64,000 nt of DNA from Rhizodiscina lignyota. Its lineage: Eukaryota. This document shows positions 1 to 13,309 of the stretch, one piece after another. The stretch covers positions 248,001 through 312,000 of the forward strand of contig ML978138.1 of NCBI GenBank assembly GCA_010015805.1, in the 5' to 3' direction. The notes beneath the pieces were generated by a model. That model saw only the letters and a program-made list of their open reading frames with translations. It was not told the DNA's origin and searched no databases. Position numbers and translations under genes: made by a program. Every line of letters begins with the position of its first letter. Within the stretch, counting starts at the first letter, position 1.

Positions 1-1
1 G

Positions 2-1234
2 ATCAGGGTTCCGCATGATCTCAATCAAAACAACAATGAGGAGGCAGATGATGACTCCGATGACGAAGGCGAGACTGAGAGACAGTCCAGCGTGGGTACG
101 AGAGTGAAATCTCACGTACTGGTCTCAACTCCTCTCACTCTCGTGCACGCCTTGTCAGCTGCTCCGAGTTTGCCAACAATTCATTATCTCGTTCTCGACG
201 AAGCCGACGTCCTCCTGGATCCGCTCTTTCGGGACCAAACGCTTTCCATCTGGAATACCTGCAGCTCTCCTCACTTACGCGTCTCGCTCTGGTCCGCTAC
301 AATGGGTTCCAATATCGAGGCACTCACGCGAAACACTATTGCGGAACGGCATTCTATGAATGCTGAAACCGACCGTACCCCTCTACTTCGCCTCGTCGTC
401 GGCCTCCGTGATACCGCGCTACCGACAATTCACCACAAGCTGATATACTCCGCAAACGAACAAGGGAAATTACTTGCTTTGCGCCAGCTGCTGCGACCAA
501 CCGTTCCGTCTACCAGCAAGGATTCTCTCACTTCTCCCTCCGCATCACTTCGACCACCTTTCCTGGTCTTCACTCAAACCATTCCTCGGGCGCTTGCTCT
601 CGCTGCAGAAATTCAACATTCTATTCCTCCCTCTGCTGGTGGCGAACTACGAGTGGCATGTCTTCACGCCGACATGTCCGACACGAAGCGCGATGATGTG
701 ATGACGCGGTTTCGCAAAGGTGAAGTGTGGGTTCTTGTAACAACAGACCTGCTCGCCAGAGGAGTGGATTTCCGAGGCATCAACGGCGTCGTCAACTACG
801 ACATTCCGACTAGCGCAGCAGGATATATCCACCGTGTTGGACGTACGGGCAGAGCAGGGCGAGAGGGAGGTGTGGCTGTCACGCTTTACGCCGAAGAAGA
901 TCTGCCGTTCTTGAAGCCGATTGCGAATGTGGTAGCGGCGAGTGAAAAAGCCCGAGGTGCTGACGGAGGTGCGGAGGGAGTGCAGGAGTGGTTGCTCAAT
1001 GCACTGCCGACGCCTTCGAAGAGAGAGAAGAAGATGCTGAAGAAGAGGGGTGTCGAAGCACGGCGTCCTGGTATGGAGAGCGGGAAGGGTGGTGGGAAGG
1101 TTCGGATCAGCACGAAGAGTGGTTTTGAGAGGAAGATGGAGCATAGAAGGAGGGATGCCGTCAATGCAAGAAGGAGGAAAGAACGTGAACAAGCTGGAGA
1201 GGATGAAAGCGGTTTTGATGGATTCGATGACTAA
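2..1234 (+). CDS. ROK1: DEAD-box RNA helicase, Rok1/DDX52-like (5'-truncated by window edge)
   Basis: Frame is open from base 2. Motifs: LVLDEAD, SAT (WSATM), [22 protein letters not shown]. Lys/Arg-rich C-terminus with ISTKSGFE. Confidence 0.85.
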   Translation: MRVPHDLNQNNNEEADDDSDDEGETERQSSVGTRVKSHVLVSTPLTLVHALSAAPSLPTIHYLVLDEADVLLDPLFRDQTLSIWNTCSSPHLRVSLWSATMGSNIEALTRNTIAERHSMNAETDRTPLLRLVVGLRDTALPTIHHKLIYSANEQGKLLALRQLLRPTVPSTSKDSLTSPSASLRPPFLVFTQTIPRALALAAEIQHSIPPSAGGELRVACLHADMSDTKRDDVMTRFRKGEVWVLVTTDLLARGVDFRGINGVVNYDIPTSAAGYIHRVGRTGRAGREGGVAVTLYAEEDLPFLKPIANVVAASEKARGADGGAEGVQEWLLNALPTPSKREKKMLKKRGVEARRPGMESGKGGGKVRISTKSGFERKMEHRRRDAVNARRRKEREQAGEDESGFDGFDD

Positions 1235-1284
1235 CGACGTAAGAATGGGCAGACCGAATCAATGCTTTTGAGCTATAGATATAT

Positions 1285-2478
1285 CTAAGCTTCTTCCTTG
1301 GTTTCCACGTACGCGAAAACTTTACCAACCGGCTGGGATCGATAGCCGGCCACTTCGGCGCTTTCGACAAACTTTCGAATCTCTTCCTCTTCTCCATCAG
1401 TAAGATGGATATTGAGAGCTCCACAATTCTCCTCCAGATACTTGATTCTCTTAGTACCAGGAATGGGGATCGTGTCATCGCCCTGTTTCAGAAGCCAAGC
1501 AATTGCCAACTGCGAAGAGGTACATCCTTTCTTATTTGCAAACGCTTTGAATTGATTGACAAGCTTTGCATTTGCATCCATGTTTTCCTCACTGAACCAG
1601 GGGAAGTGCGTTGCACGCCGATCATCGGAGCCAGTGACCGATTCTCTGTCCATGTATGCCCCGGTAAGCAACCCACGTCCAAGTGGGGAATAGCATACAA
1701 CGGCGACATCAAGCTCACGACAGGTTTGAAGAACGTTTGTGCCGGAATCTGTTTCAATCTCACGCACAAATGCCGAGTACTCCGTTTGGACCGCAGCAAC
1801 GGGCGCGATTTTGTAAGCACGGCGAAGAGTGTTCGAGCTCACTTCGCACAGCCCAATATGATTGATCTTGCCCTCCCTGGTGGTTGTCAGTTGACTCCAC
1901 GTCAGATTTAGTTTCACTTACGCTTTCAATTCAGCCAGTGCTCGCATTGTCTCCTCAATCGGAGTCTCGGGATTAAGACGATGAGCATAATCTAATCGAG
2001 ATCAGTCAGAAATTCAGATCGAATCGCCAAAATGCCAACTGAGGAGGCTTACACAGATCAATGCTGTCAATCCCCAGCTTCTTGAGACTCTTCTCACACT
2101 CTTGCTTACAGTACTCGGCGGTACTATCGATACCCCTAAACTGCACACCTTCCATGACGAGCCCAAACTTCGTAGCAAGGAAGATCTCGTCTCTCTTTCC
2201 GGTCCGCTTGAACCATTTGCCCAACATTTCTTCGCTGTCACCGTAGATGCTGTGTTGCGTGGGTTAGCACTGTTGCCGGCACTGCAATCTGAATCTCACT
2301 TGGCGGTGTCCCAAAATGTCTCTCCCAACTCAGCGGCACGGTCCAAGAGCTGAAATTGCTCCTCTTCAGTAGGCGCTGTGCCATAAACTCCGGCCATCAC
2401 CATCGTTCCTAAACCCAGAGCTGGCACACTCGGGCCATTCTTGCCGAGCTTACGCAGCGGGACTGATTTGGGAGACAT
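1285..2478 (-). CDS. Aldo-keto reductase (YakC/aryl-alcohol dehydrogenase-like), 4 exons
   Basis: LGLGTM, FWDTA, IFLATKFG, IGLCEVS, YSPLGRG, PIPGTKRIKYLEEN. Introns at approx 2250-2299, 1992-2052 and 1877-1921 with GT/AG and branch sites. Confidence 0.9.
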
Positions 2479-2970
2479 GTCAAATTGAGAGTATGAGGCG
2501 AATTGATACTATCTGATTGAGCGAATAAAGTCTCGACTTATGAGAGAAGATTGCCATCAAGCTGTCGAGGTATGAGAAGAAAGCATGCTTGGGGTCAATA
2601 TATAGACTGGTCCGCACCCAGATACTAAATTTGCATGAGTCCGACACGGACGAGCGTTCACCGACATATCGAACTGGCGTTACAGGTCCGCAAAACCCTC
2701 CGATAAGTCCGCTCGTTACTTCCTCAAATGTTATGCTAAAATATAAGGAAACGGTGGTACTGCTTGGGAGTCGTCTGATGCTAAATGGACTGGCCAATTA
2801 GAATGCGTAATTCCCGACCAAGCCAATGACGAGAATAGAGCTAGTACTGATTCGGCGCCCCTTTTGATCGATGAACCGGCTGGAGCCGCACCTCAGGCTT
2901 TCGCCTCATGAAAGTGCACGCATAGCAACAATCATGGCAGTGAACCGCAAAGAAGACATACCATGTTTGT

Positions 2971-4746
2971 ATGATCATGAGCGGAGACTCTCAATCCAAT
3001 AAGCCTCTCAGAAATCGCGGCACAGGCAGAACCCATGCGAAGTCAGGTTGCCGCACCTGCAAGTGAGTCGCTGCACCTGCATTTCTCTTCGGGAAGAGCT
3101 CAACCAAAGCTAATGTGTCTGACAGAATCCGGAAGATCAAATGCGATGAAGGCCGTCCGGCTTGTCGCCGATGCGTATCTACTGGTCGAGTGTGCGATGG
3201 CTATGGGGTTTGGGGCGGTGGGGGTGACTTTTACGCTCATGGTCGACGTTCCTTGATTTCGAAGGACACCTGCCTTCCTACTTGGGAACCAGCAAATGTT
3301 CCTATCACTGCTGGTAATGCGGACGAGAAATTCTATTTTGACTGGTTCCGATTCCGTACTGTGAAAAAGATTCCGGGCGCATTCGTCCTGACTTTCTGGG
3401 AGACACTAATCTTCCAGGCGACCATGAGCGAGCCGGCCGTCTTGCATGCTGTTCTCACTTTGAGCTCTGTCCATAAAAGAGACATCGTCAGTAGCGACGA
3501 CGAAAGACGAAGTATCGGATCTCCGGATGAACAGGAACAGTTCACGCTGCAGCATTATACCAACGCCATTCGCCACCTTCGACCCCATTTCTCCACCAGA
3601 GACTTGGCATCTGTACGAGTGGCTTTGATCAGCTGCTTTATCTTTGTTTGTCTGGAGTTTCTTCGTGGCCACTTCAGAACCGCGCAAGGTCACCTCGAAA
3701 GCGGACTGAATGTCCTTAGAGAGCTGCAGTTTTCTTCGTGTGCAGAGGGAATCTTCGCTTGGAAGCCATCCCGAAATTCGATCGACGATTGCATCATTAC
3801 AGCATTCTCCAGGCTACATACACAAGTGGAGCTCTTCAAACACAGTTACCAACACCCGTTTGAGGCCCTGCAGCTTTCTCAGGCCGAGCTTGCAGTCTCC
3901 ACATTCCATTCCGTCAATCAAGCCTGGCAACAAATAGAGCGACTCTTGAATAAAATATTTCATCTTACCGAACAAGTCCGTCGACAACATATTTCCAACA
4001 ATGCATCTCCAGATGGCCGTTCCGCGTTGCTCGGCCATCAGCAACAGATTCAAGCAGAACTTGCGCAGTGGCTTGGTGCGTTCGAGGAATCTGGGGACAT
4101 GCTACAGAGTCAAGACCCTGAATGGATCCGTTCTGGATTGTTGCGTGTTCATCACACCATGGCAAGCATCATGGCCGATGTCTGCCTCTCACAAGATGAC
4201 GAATCCATATTCGACTCTCACACGGGACAATTCGTTCTCCTCATTAATCAGTCGGTGGATATGTGGAAGGTGGGCTCGTCCCGAGCACTGCCGGGCCACT
4301 GGATGGATATGTCTAGGTCCTTAGTTGATATCGGCTGGATTTCACCACTTTACTACACAGCCCTCAGGTGCCGCATCCATCGGGTTAGGCTTCAAGCCAT
4401 CAGATTGCTCGAGACCGCTTCGCATCGAGAAGGCATTTGGGACTCGAAAATAGCTTCCTGTGTTGCTCGACAAGTGATGAAGATCGAGGAAAGGGACTGC
4501 TACGAAGATCTTGCCAAAGCCGACGATTTTCCGCTTTCCTCCTCTCCTTCGCCACAGGATCTGTCACTGCCGATATTACCCCAGTTCCATAGAGTACACG
4601 AGGTTAAGGTGGCTCTGTCCGATGGCCCAACCGATAGTGTAATCTTATCCTACAGACAGACTGCTGCGGGTTGGAAAGACGTCCGAGTTGCGGTTCGAAA
4701 TCACGGAAACTCTTCGCATGGTGCCTTCTCAAACATCGACGCATGA
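2971..4746 (+). CDS. Zn(II)2Cys6 transcription factor
   Basis: Splicing intron 3063-3125 gives GCRTCKIRKIKCDEGRPACRRCVSTGRVC, followed by a fungal TF middle region (EPAVLHAVLTLSSVH, QHYTNAIRHL, HREGIWDS). Confidence 0.9.
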
Positions 4747-5322
4747 AAGTGAAGGGCTTCTAGGTGGAAAGGACTTTCCTCAGTCTCAGCCCCCATTATC
4801 GGAGTTGGAGGGGCCACACCAACTCTCTCAAATTGAATGCTGTAAAAGGAGTCTGCTCAAATTGGACTGTTGGGGAAAAACATATTGTAGAAGTTGTGTC
4901 GGAGCAGCTCCCACATCTGATCATCTGATCGCATTTGCTGCGTTGTATGCCCATATGAAGCAAAACCTCGGTTTCATTAGGAAGTTTCTTGATGAATCAT
5001 CTATAATCGCCTCGCCCGCCGCTGCAGTAGACTCTAGAGGACAATATTGCGCTACGGGGCGGTATCCAAAAAAATTTCAAAATCGGGTCCTTCTCCAGTG
5101 CTTGAATGTGCGGTCTCTTTCTTCGAACGTGTGCGCGTTTGTCGATTGCAAGATTTGTTATGGAATGAAAGCGGGTTCCAGACCACCTGAAGAAGCTCAT
5201 CTCCGCGTCATTCAAGCTCTTGGTTCGAGTCCGCCGTGAAGGCGGTTAGGTATCCCCAGTGCTCTATGCATTTCTGCTCGATTTTCTTGGTGAGCTTGTC
5301 TGGCTTGTTATCTTCACGGGCG

Positions 5323-7120
5323 TTAGACAGAAACCCAATAATCAAAAAGGCAGTCGTATTTATTACCTTCCCGACTCTGGCGATTATGTCTCTCTATTCT
5401 ACGAAACTGGTCCTCTAAATGGATGAGCTCCGTTTGCTTTTGAAGTAGAATTTGAATACAGAACGCGGGTAAACCTCTACCATGGTTGGCCCACTGGAAG
5501 ACGTTGTCGCTCGGCTTTACTCTAGTTGTACGCAAATGTAAGCGTCGAAAGTGTGAATAGTGATCATTGGGGCTGTCATCTTCTGTGGTGGAAGCAATAT
5601 CCATATTGTGATTGTTTGCTTTTCGCTCCCTTGAAGCAACCGTTGGCAGATCAATATCTCCGATCCCTGCCTCTGCTACCTCTTTCTCTTCAATGCGTTG
5701 GTAGTGTATCCCACATTGGGAACTGGGATGTCGTTAGCGATGAAGAGATCCTGAGATGATAGTTTCTGAGAGAATACCAATCAATTGCTTGGTCAATGTC
5801 AGCCGTGGGCTCTTGGTATTGGCAGCTTGGGCAACAGTTCCTCGTATGCTCTTTCTCAACAAAAAGGGCATCCATGTTGATTTTACGACCAGGAATGAAG
5901 TATAATTCGAAAGGATGGGTGCTGTCCACTAAGACCTTACTGTGGGCATCTTCAAGCACATACTGCCTCTTTTCAACGATTCTCAATCCGCGTTGTTTGA
6001 ACCGCACGGCCAAAACTGCGAGGAATGCCTCCCAACTATTGATCCAGGTCAAATCAATCCGTGCCTGAAAGGCACAAGCATCCATAAAATAGACAGGCTT
6101 TTGATCTTCGACTTGCGCAGGGAGTGATGCTTGCATTTGGAGGACTGAGCGATATATCTTGAAACTTGTTTTGCAGACTTCTTTCACATCATTTGTCATA
6201 GCATTCAACTCCGGGCATTCGACATGTGGCTCGTTATTCGATATGATATGCTGCAACGTGGGCAGCATCTTCGCTAGTTGCAAGAACACTGTGTTGTCTG
6301 ACATGCTCTGACTGATGCATGTGAGTTGATGTTCATATGCAGAGCGCGAAGATGAGTTATATGCGGTTCGGTCTTGTGAGTTCAAAGTCGTTATCTTCCT
6401 ACTGAGGGTGTTAGCGCGTAGCTTGATCATATAATACGAAAGAGCTAGTTTCTCATGAGCGTATGAGATCTGCAACGGGGTTTTAAATTCGCGATAACGG
6501 GAAGTACATATTCTGAGGCAGGTCCGGCAAGCTAGTCCTTGACAAGCTCGAATGTGAACTCATTAATACGAGGGAGATTCCTGGAAGCGCTGAAGGCAAA
6601 TATAACAGTGGCTTTACAGACTGTCCGCTCTCTGAAAACTAGCTTCATCGTATTCTTACAAACGAAAATAGAAGGGTAAGTTTGAAAAGACTGACAGCTG
6701 CAAGGCCATGAGTGATATCATTATGGAAGAAGTATGCCCTTGAATTTGGGCTCGGAAGTGTTGCACGTCTTCCTTTCGATAGAGCGTCCACTGTATCTTC
6801 CGAAGTTGATCACGCCAGCGTGAACCCGAACCGGTAGCTCGCAAGGACGGCTGGTACTTTGAAATCTGGTCCAGGAAATGAGAGACGGTGTCCTGGCATT
6901 GGGCCGCAGCTTGCTCGATAGCTATCTTTTGCGGCCTGAGTGAGTCGCACACCTGGAGGTGTTTCACCTCCAACAATGAGCGTTCAAGGTGAAAGAGCTC
7001 GTGAATAAGATCTTGATACTCTTTAGACGAGCCAGAGCCGCGCTTGAGCGCATTGATCAGCTGCCGGACGAGCTCGATTCCATCAACAAAGTCGCCAACT
7101 GAAAAGCCAAACGCGGCCAT
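5323..7120 (-). CDS. Fungal HeLo-like/STAND-type N-terminal domain + ubiquitin-like domain + CxxC zinc-ribbon protein
   Basis: N-terminus FGFSVGDF...GSSKEYQDLIHEL...WRDQLRKIQW. Intron 6402-6695 (GTCAGT..GCTAAC..CAG) joins it in frame to PVYFMDA...INSWEAFLAVLAVRF...FIPGRKINMDALF, CCPSC. A second intron leads to CSQCG...HFRRLHL. Confidence 0.7.
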
Positions 7121-8181
7121 TTTGGATCATAACAGTGCAAATTTTAACAACTTTAACGAAACACACGACAGCAATACCACCACTGCTATTGAAACGAGTC
7201 CAAACCGACAAAGAAGAAGAAAACAGCTGAATGTGCGATAGTGTCGAGACAAGGCTGAAGCGCGGTTGGTTGAGTTCGCCTTGCTCAGCCACCAGTCTCC
7301 CACTGGATGCACTAACGAAATCCACATTGCATGTGTAACTCATTGAGGCAAGGCGTTGTAGCTATAGCCACATCTGCAACTGAGAAGCACGGTACTTGAT
7401 CTGAAGGTTTCGACTAGAGAACGGTCGTAGAGATACCTCTTTCGTGGGCAACTTGCAAGTATCTCCAGAGCAATGAAGCATGACCGGAGACCAGATAAGA
7501 ACCCTTGCCCTCTAGACGTATAAAAGCAACTAAGAGATGGCACAACTAAAGATAAGGCAGCATATCAATCCCTTTGTTCTATAATCCACCGGATGAAGTC
7601 ACCCCAGAGATCCGAGCTTCTGTGGGGCCCAGGTCCAGAATGTGCGACGCGGGTGACAACATTGTTGAGCCTGATTAACAAAACGACTACAGTAGGGAGG
7701 CCATCTCTGAAAACTTGATTGAATATACAGCAAAAAGCATATATGCACAACACGCAGCTTCAGTGTGTAATTCATATTATCTAACTATAATACGCATCCT
7801 CGCGATTCGACATATTTGCAGCGACGACGAGTCAACTATGCTGTCACCCACTCGTGTACCAATGTAGTGCAGAAATGGAATTATAGCGAGTCAGCGGCAT
7901 AAATGTGTCCACTAAGACACCGCTTTCGTTGGCCACGACTCCATACCGGTGCTGCAGGCTTCCGCATTGGTCAGTCAGACACAGCGACTGTTCCTTCCGA
8001 AATCTCCTGGGCAAGATCGACTTCGGATCTACCCGACCAAGCTAGATGTAGCTTGTTGTAATAGATAACCTTTAGACCCTAAACGGCCATCTTTACCCCT
8101 GGTTATTAGAGTACGCGATTGCGTGGTATCATATATATGCTAACGAGGAAGCGTCATTCAATGCACATTCTGGCCGTTATT

Positions 8182-9444
8182 TTACAATTCTATTTGGCCC
8201 CATCCACTGGCCCTGGCCCTTACAGCACCCAAGTCGTCCATATTCAAAATGCCAACCTTCAACTGAACCAAGACTCGCCACGCAATATCTCTTAGATTTG
8301 GTGGGCTTGCAGGCGTGTCCCAATACCTGGCAATCAAGCCTCGGGCCTTCGCTTGCTCGATCTGCGTCGACGCTATGTCCTTCGCACTCGGAGTGTCTGG
8401 AAGAGGAAGGGATTCGTTGTGCCACGTGTACAGACGGGCACGTTTGAACTCCGTGGATGCGAAGTACGAATTCGAGCGGTTGTATGCGTATATGGGCGGA
8501 TCCACATCAAAATTATCGTCGGCTGAGAACAGCATGTCCAGCTGCGCATCCCAGAAAATGTCCCTGTGTGTTGCGTTAAGCGCCATCACAGATTGGAATG
8601 GAGCATTTCCTGACGCCACGACGGTAAGGGGGCGCATGACACGCTCTGTGCCGTTCCAGTAGGTGAGGTAGTCGAGGTCACGTAGCGGTTGCAGTTGAAC
8701 ATCCAATTCCGCAAAGGTCTCTGGACCTGCGGTTTTATGGTCAATGAGAAGGACGACTGTTTGCTGAGGAGCTTGATCAAAGATGCCTCGCCATGTGCCG
8801 TCAGTGATGTGGGCATTCTGCATCTCAAGCATGCGCTGCAATGGTTCCAGGTACATGGAGCGCAAGGTTGAGGCACCATTTAGGCTCGATGATGCGTGGC
8901 CAACGAGAAGGTCGGAATTGCTGAGGTGGACATCAGCCTCGACGCTGATGCAACCAGAGCCAAGCGCCTCGAAGAGAGGAATCCGCCGCCAGTAATCATT
9001 ATGCGAGTGGACGGGGACCGGGACAGCGTTATGGATGAAGGATTGTCGTTCGCTGTCCCATATTGAGGGGCTGTTCTGATTGACGTTGTCGCCGAACCTT
9101 ATGTCAAATGGGTCGTTTGGGACGCGAACTAACCCCGATTGAAGATGCTGAATCCAGATAAACTGAAAGATACATCTGTTAATAAGCGGTCAGTAACGAA
9201 TCGGCGGAACGGTTGCGACATTCTCTCACAGCGCGGTCATGAGGCAAGCCACAGTTTTGAACAAGTCAGACACCCGGTGGCCTTTCCTGTTCTTCAGCAG
9301 AGTTACAGGAGCTACCCAAGCACGAATCGGGAGACTTGGTTGTTTCTTTTGTCCCTCTCGAACGTTGCTCTCAAGATCCGTACGGATCATCGGGTCGTCT
9401 GACCCGTTACTGCTGGACGAGGACCTCAACTCCATGATGTGCAC
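8182..9444 (-). CDS. AIM6: Aim6-like PLC-like phosphodiesterase
   Basis: After one intron near 9176-9229, the frame reads PVPVHSHNDYWRRIPLFEALGSGCISVEADVHL...LLVGH...LRSMYLEPL...LLIDHK...ARYWDTP...LNMDDL. Confidence 0.85.
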
Positions 9445-11264
9445 GCCGCTCCTATGATTGTGTCTATTTTAAGTGTTCAAGCTAGGGCTTGAAGGGCCCA
9501 GGATATCGTAGCTGGAACTTCCACCGACCACTACTTGGAGAGCACTAGAACTAAAAGACCTTTAGGAAAGTCACGGCAGGTCAATATTGTCTTGCAAGTT
9601 GGAGAGAAGAAGAGGACGAAGAAAGAAAGTAAGCAGATGAAGGAACAGGAAATGACTTGTTGTAGGCTGCGACTAAAGGCATATTCCGCGCAGACGAGGC
9701 CCGAGCGGGGGCAGTGTTGTAGATCACTACGGGGTTGAATGTCGCAGGCCAGGCAGACACCGTTCGACGCTTGACATTCCTGGGGCCGAACGCGAATCTT
9801 GGTCGATTGAGGCCTCAAGTCAAGGCGATTGATCGGACGCTTGGCAAGTGTAGTAGAGAACGGCCAGAGAGACGGCTCTTCCGGAGGACTCCGTATCCCT
9901 GTAGCAATGACTGTCGCGTCAGAGGTGCCGTTCAGCGATGCTTTTCCTCTCGAGTAGGTATGATTAGAGACTTGACTGGCAAGTCCTTCAGCAGTCGAGG
10001 GACGGCACGGCTGAAGATGATGCAGAGATGAGAGAAAAGAGAGTCGTTTCGTCCTACGATCCAGATATGAAGCCGCCCCAGACGCCCGAGCTTCTGTGGG
10101 GCCGAGGCCCGCGATGCAATTCAACTTTCCGAGCCTCCTTAGCTCCTTGCATCCAGTCGTGAATCCCTCACTCATCACCCCTCCGTGCCTTGCAGAAATG
10201 CAAATCGCGGTATGCAATGGCCTCGCATACTGACCCTGCCGCAACTCGATGACGCGCGCTACAATCAAGGCAGGGCAGACGCGCTGCCGCCCGCCCCGCC
10301 AGCCCAAAGCCAACCTCTGTTCTTGGGAGAAATGAAGGGAGCAACATCGTTTACTATGCTGTGGTCTCCTAACCGCTCCTAGCCCACACCCGTGTGTAGT
10401 ACAATACCTCTGTCATCTCAGTCCCTTGGTCCATTGTCACAATCCACCAAGAATCCCCCGATTTGGAAGGATTGCCCCTCAACAACGTCAGGACAAGACC
10501 AGCTGGAAGGTCCATCCATAGGTGGTAGCAGCCTGGCGCCGAGCAATGCTCTTTCCATGCGATGCTCCTCCGTTGGTGGGAATAAAAGCTTGTCCACCAC
10601 CTACATTTGTCAGAGCCAAAGAGCGTGATAGGCTTCTTGCCGTTGCGTGGAGGAAGCGGTTCGTCTAGCCATGGATGGGTAATGCGGAAGCTGGCGAGAC
10701 TGACGAAGCTCCAAGGAAGCGAGGCCCGGGGACCGGGGGTGTAAGGGATATAAATACAGCCCATCGATCGTTGTGCGGAGTTTGCGTGGGTGATTGGAGA
10801 GCTTCGAGATTGAAGCTTCGTACAAGCGGGCCAATCAATGGCAGCAGTCGCTAACCACCACTACCAGTATGCGCCTTCCCTCTTTTCCATCCCTACCGTC
10901 ATAGATTAGGTCAAAGAATGCTATGCACTTTCTGAGAAGAGATGGCGCGAATTCGGGCAAGTCTCCAAGAGGATTTGCATCTATGGCTTGGTCGGTACGA
11001 GTACTCCACCTTTGCAGTCCTTGCTCCCGTGTGACAGTCTCGAGCGAATTGGGTCCGGACGTAGGACCAGGAGGCCGGCCCATGGCTATACATTTGCCTC
11101 TTAATTGTCGTGCCATCTTCACGCAAGGCTTTTGGAGTTCAACGGACACCGTAGTCCCCATCCATTCATTGGAACCTCACACTCATTTGACGTCGCTCTT
11201 TCACACGTCCTTCCTTTACGCTCTTCTCATGCTCTGGTCTCTGTTCGCTATTTGCAAAAGTACA

Positions 11265-12098
11265 ATGCAAGCGCAAAAATGGTTGTGGATCTTGCCGTTA
11301 ATCCCCATGACTTCATGGACAGGTTCGTTGGCCCGCTCTCCAAGCTCTTGAGCATACTTGCCAACGATGAAATACAGCCATGTGGTTAGCACTATTGATA
11401 GTGTGGTCTGCCAGCGGGCATCCGCATTATCCAACTGAGGTATATGGCCAGACGGTCGCGTACGTATTCAATGAACGCCATCTGAACAATCAATGGAATA
11501 TTTACGAACGAGCAGTTTCGTCTCCGACGTCGGCGCACGACCTCACTTTAAACCAGTGTTCATTTCGCTTGCCACGACCACTGCATTGACCTTCGTCCCT
11601 ATCGTCATTGCTCACTTATGCTGCTGGACCTCCGAGGATCGATCTCTTCGCAAGAGTTCCGTCTTGCGCATCCTGTCGACAATCAGCATCATTCTCATTC
11701 TTCTCGGATCCGCGTGCCTAATTGGTTTGACGGTCCTCGATCTGCAGCATCACTTCAACGTCCACTATGCTCTCCTTTCGGCGTCTCTGCCCGGTTATTT
11801 CTTCTCGGGCGTCCTTTTGTGTGTTCACGACTACCTTAGGTTGCGGCATCAACGCTGTAGGCAAAATCAGCACTCTGAGGACGAAGAGAAGTCGATGGTA
11901 CAAGACAGCCAATCTCCACCTGTCAAGCCGAAAGCTCTTGGGTTTCGAGTCGCTGTGCTGAGCGTCGAGTTTGTCCTCTTGACCCTGTTCTCCGCATTCT
12001 GCTGGGGGAACATCTTTTACAATGCGGCAGGAGTGATAGAGTGGTGCGTCGTCGGTATCTTCGGCGTATACATCGGCAGTTTTGCGATGGATTTCTGA
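11265..12098 (+). CDS. Frag1/DRAM/Sfk1-family membrane protein, 3 exons
   Basis: Spliced protein MQAQKWLWILPLIP...WSASGHPHYP...QTVAFVSDVGA...KPVF...AAGVIEWCVVGIFGVYIGSFAMDF, with multiple TM segments. Confidence 0.8.
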
Positions 12099-12574
12099 GA
12101 ATGCAGTTGAAGTGTAGAGTGGTGGAAGAATCGAAGCGGAATAGCGGAATATCTAATTCTGAGACTGAGAAAGGATTTGTACATAACTATTAGGTTGATA
12201 TCATTAACCAAGCCTGTCAGTCACTACACAACTATCACCATCGCTTGACCTGCCGCCTTCGAGCCAGTTCGTGGAAAGATTCGTGGCATTGCTCGCCGTC
12301 TCCGGCCAGCTGTCGAGGCAGTTTTACTTGCTCAACAGCAATCGCACCGACTTGTCACTGGCTCCTTCACGATGTTCGTGCGACAGACAAGAAGATCCTG
12401 TCGCTACCACCATGACTACCACATCTACGGCTAGCACAGGAAGGTGCTTTCCCAGCCTTCCGCTCGAACGCGACGCAGCCATCGCAGCAGAGATGCTACT
12501 TCCCACTCCGAGTGCCGTCTTCCTTGGTGGACTCGATCCACTGTTAGACCTCCCAAGGAGAGTGCCTCGGAATC

Positions 12575-13309
12575 TCACAGTATAACCTCGACCTGCTTGC
12601 TCTGATACCGATGCGAAGCACTCGAATACATCGCCATTGGAAACGGCTTATCCTCCGCATCCCAAAACCCATCGCCACTACTAATTGCCCGTTTCCGAAA
12701 GCCCTGCACATACTTTCTCAGCAACGATTCGGCCTCGTCCCGTCCCATGCTGTGCTTCGGCCACTTGGTCCGGAGTGCATCAAAGTCATCCCCGATAAAG
12801 AAATTGAGGCTCTCGGCGGAGGAAAATAGTAGTTGGTATGCTTCTAGAGTCAGGAAGGGGCAGTATACAAGCGTCGAGTCGTCGATGTACTGTGCCGCTT
12901 CTCCTAATTCCGTTGGCGAGGGCGTGGAAAGGATATGCACGCCTAAGCTTTGCAGGAATTCTTTATCAGTGCCGGAGAACGATGGATCTTGCGCATATAG
13001 TTCGATTTTAGTCTCATACTGTCGTAATTGCTCGGCGATGGCGAGAAGTATTGTTAATTGTTTTATCCTCCGCGTTTGGTCTGTCGATTTTAAGCTGCCG
13101 AGGCCCAGCGATACTATTCTGCTGACTGCCGGCCTGTTTTTGGTTTCGAGTAGGCGGGTTACTGTGAGATAGAGATTTGATTGAATATATTGATTTCTAG
13201 CTTCATTGTGTAGAAGGTGTAGTTTCCGGAGCTCTCGGGATGAGGAGGACTTTGTCTTTGGGATTCCTATCGGGCGGGGCGATTGTTCGGCTTTGATAGA
13301 GTGAGGCAT
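12575..13309 (-). CDS. SRR1/BER1-like domain protein
   Basis: IVSLGLGSL...QLTILLAI...YAQDPSFSGTDKEFLQSLGVHIL...TLVYCPF is characteristic of the SRR1 domain. Confidence 0.75.
   Translation of the reverse strand: MPHSIKAEQSPRPIGIPKTKSSSSRELRKLHLLHNEARNQYIQSNLYLTVTRLLETKNRPAVSRIVSLGLGSLKSTDQTRRIKQLTILLAIAEQLRQYETKIELYAQDPSFSGTDKEFLQSLGVHILSTPSPTELGEAAQYIDDSTLVYCPFLTLEAYQLLFSSAESLNFFIGDDFDALRTKWPKHSMGRDEAESLLRKYVQGFRKRAISSGDGFWDAEDKPFPMAMYSSASHRYQSKQVEVIL

Noticed and set aside
5215..5250. GGTTCGAGTCC B-box-like motif suggesting a tRNA
   Set aside because: No T-stem pairing, acceptor stem or A-box, so a cloverleaf cannot be built.
9531..11161. Several 100-260 aa ORFs between AIM6 and the SFK1-like gene
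   Set aside because: No recognisable domains or consistent splice model; probably promoter/UTR sequence.
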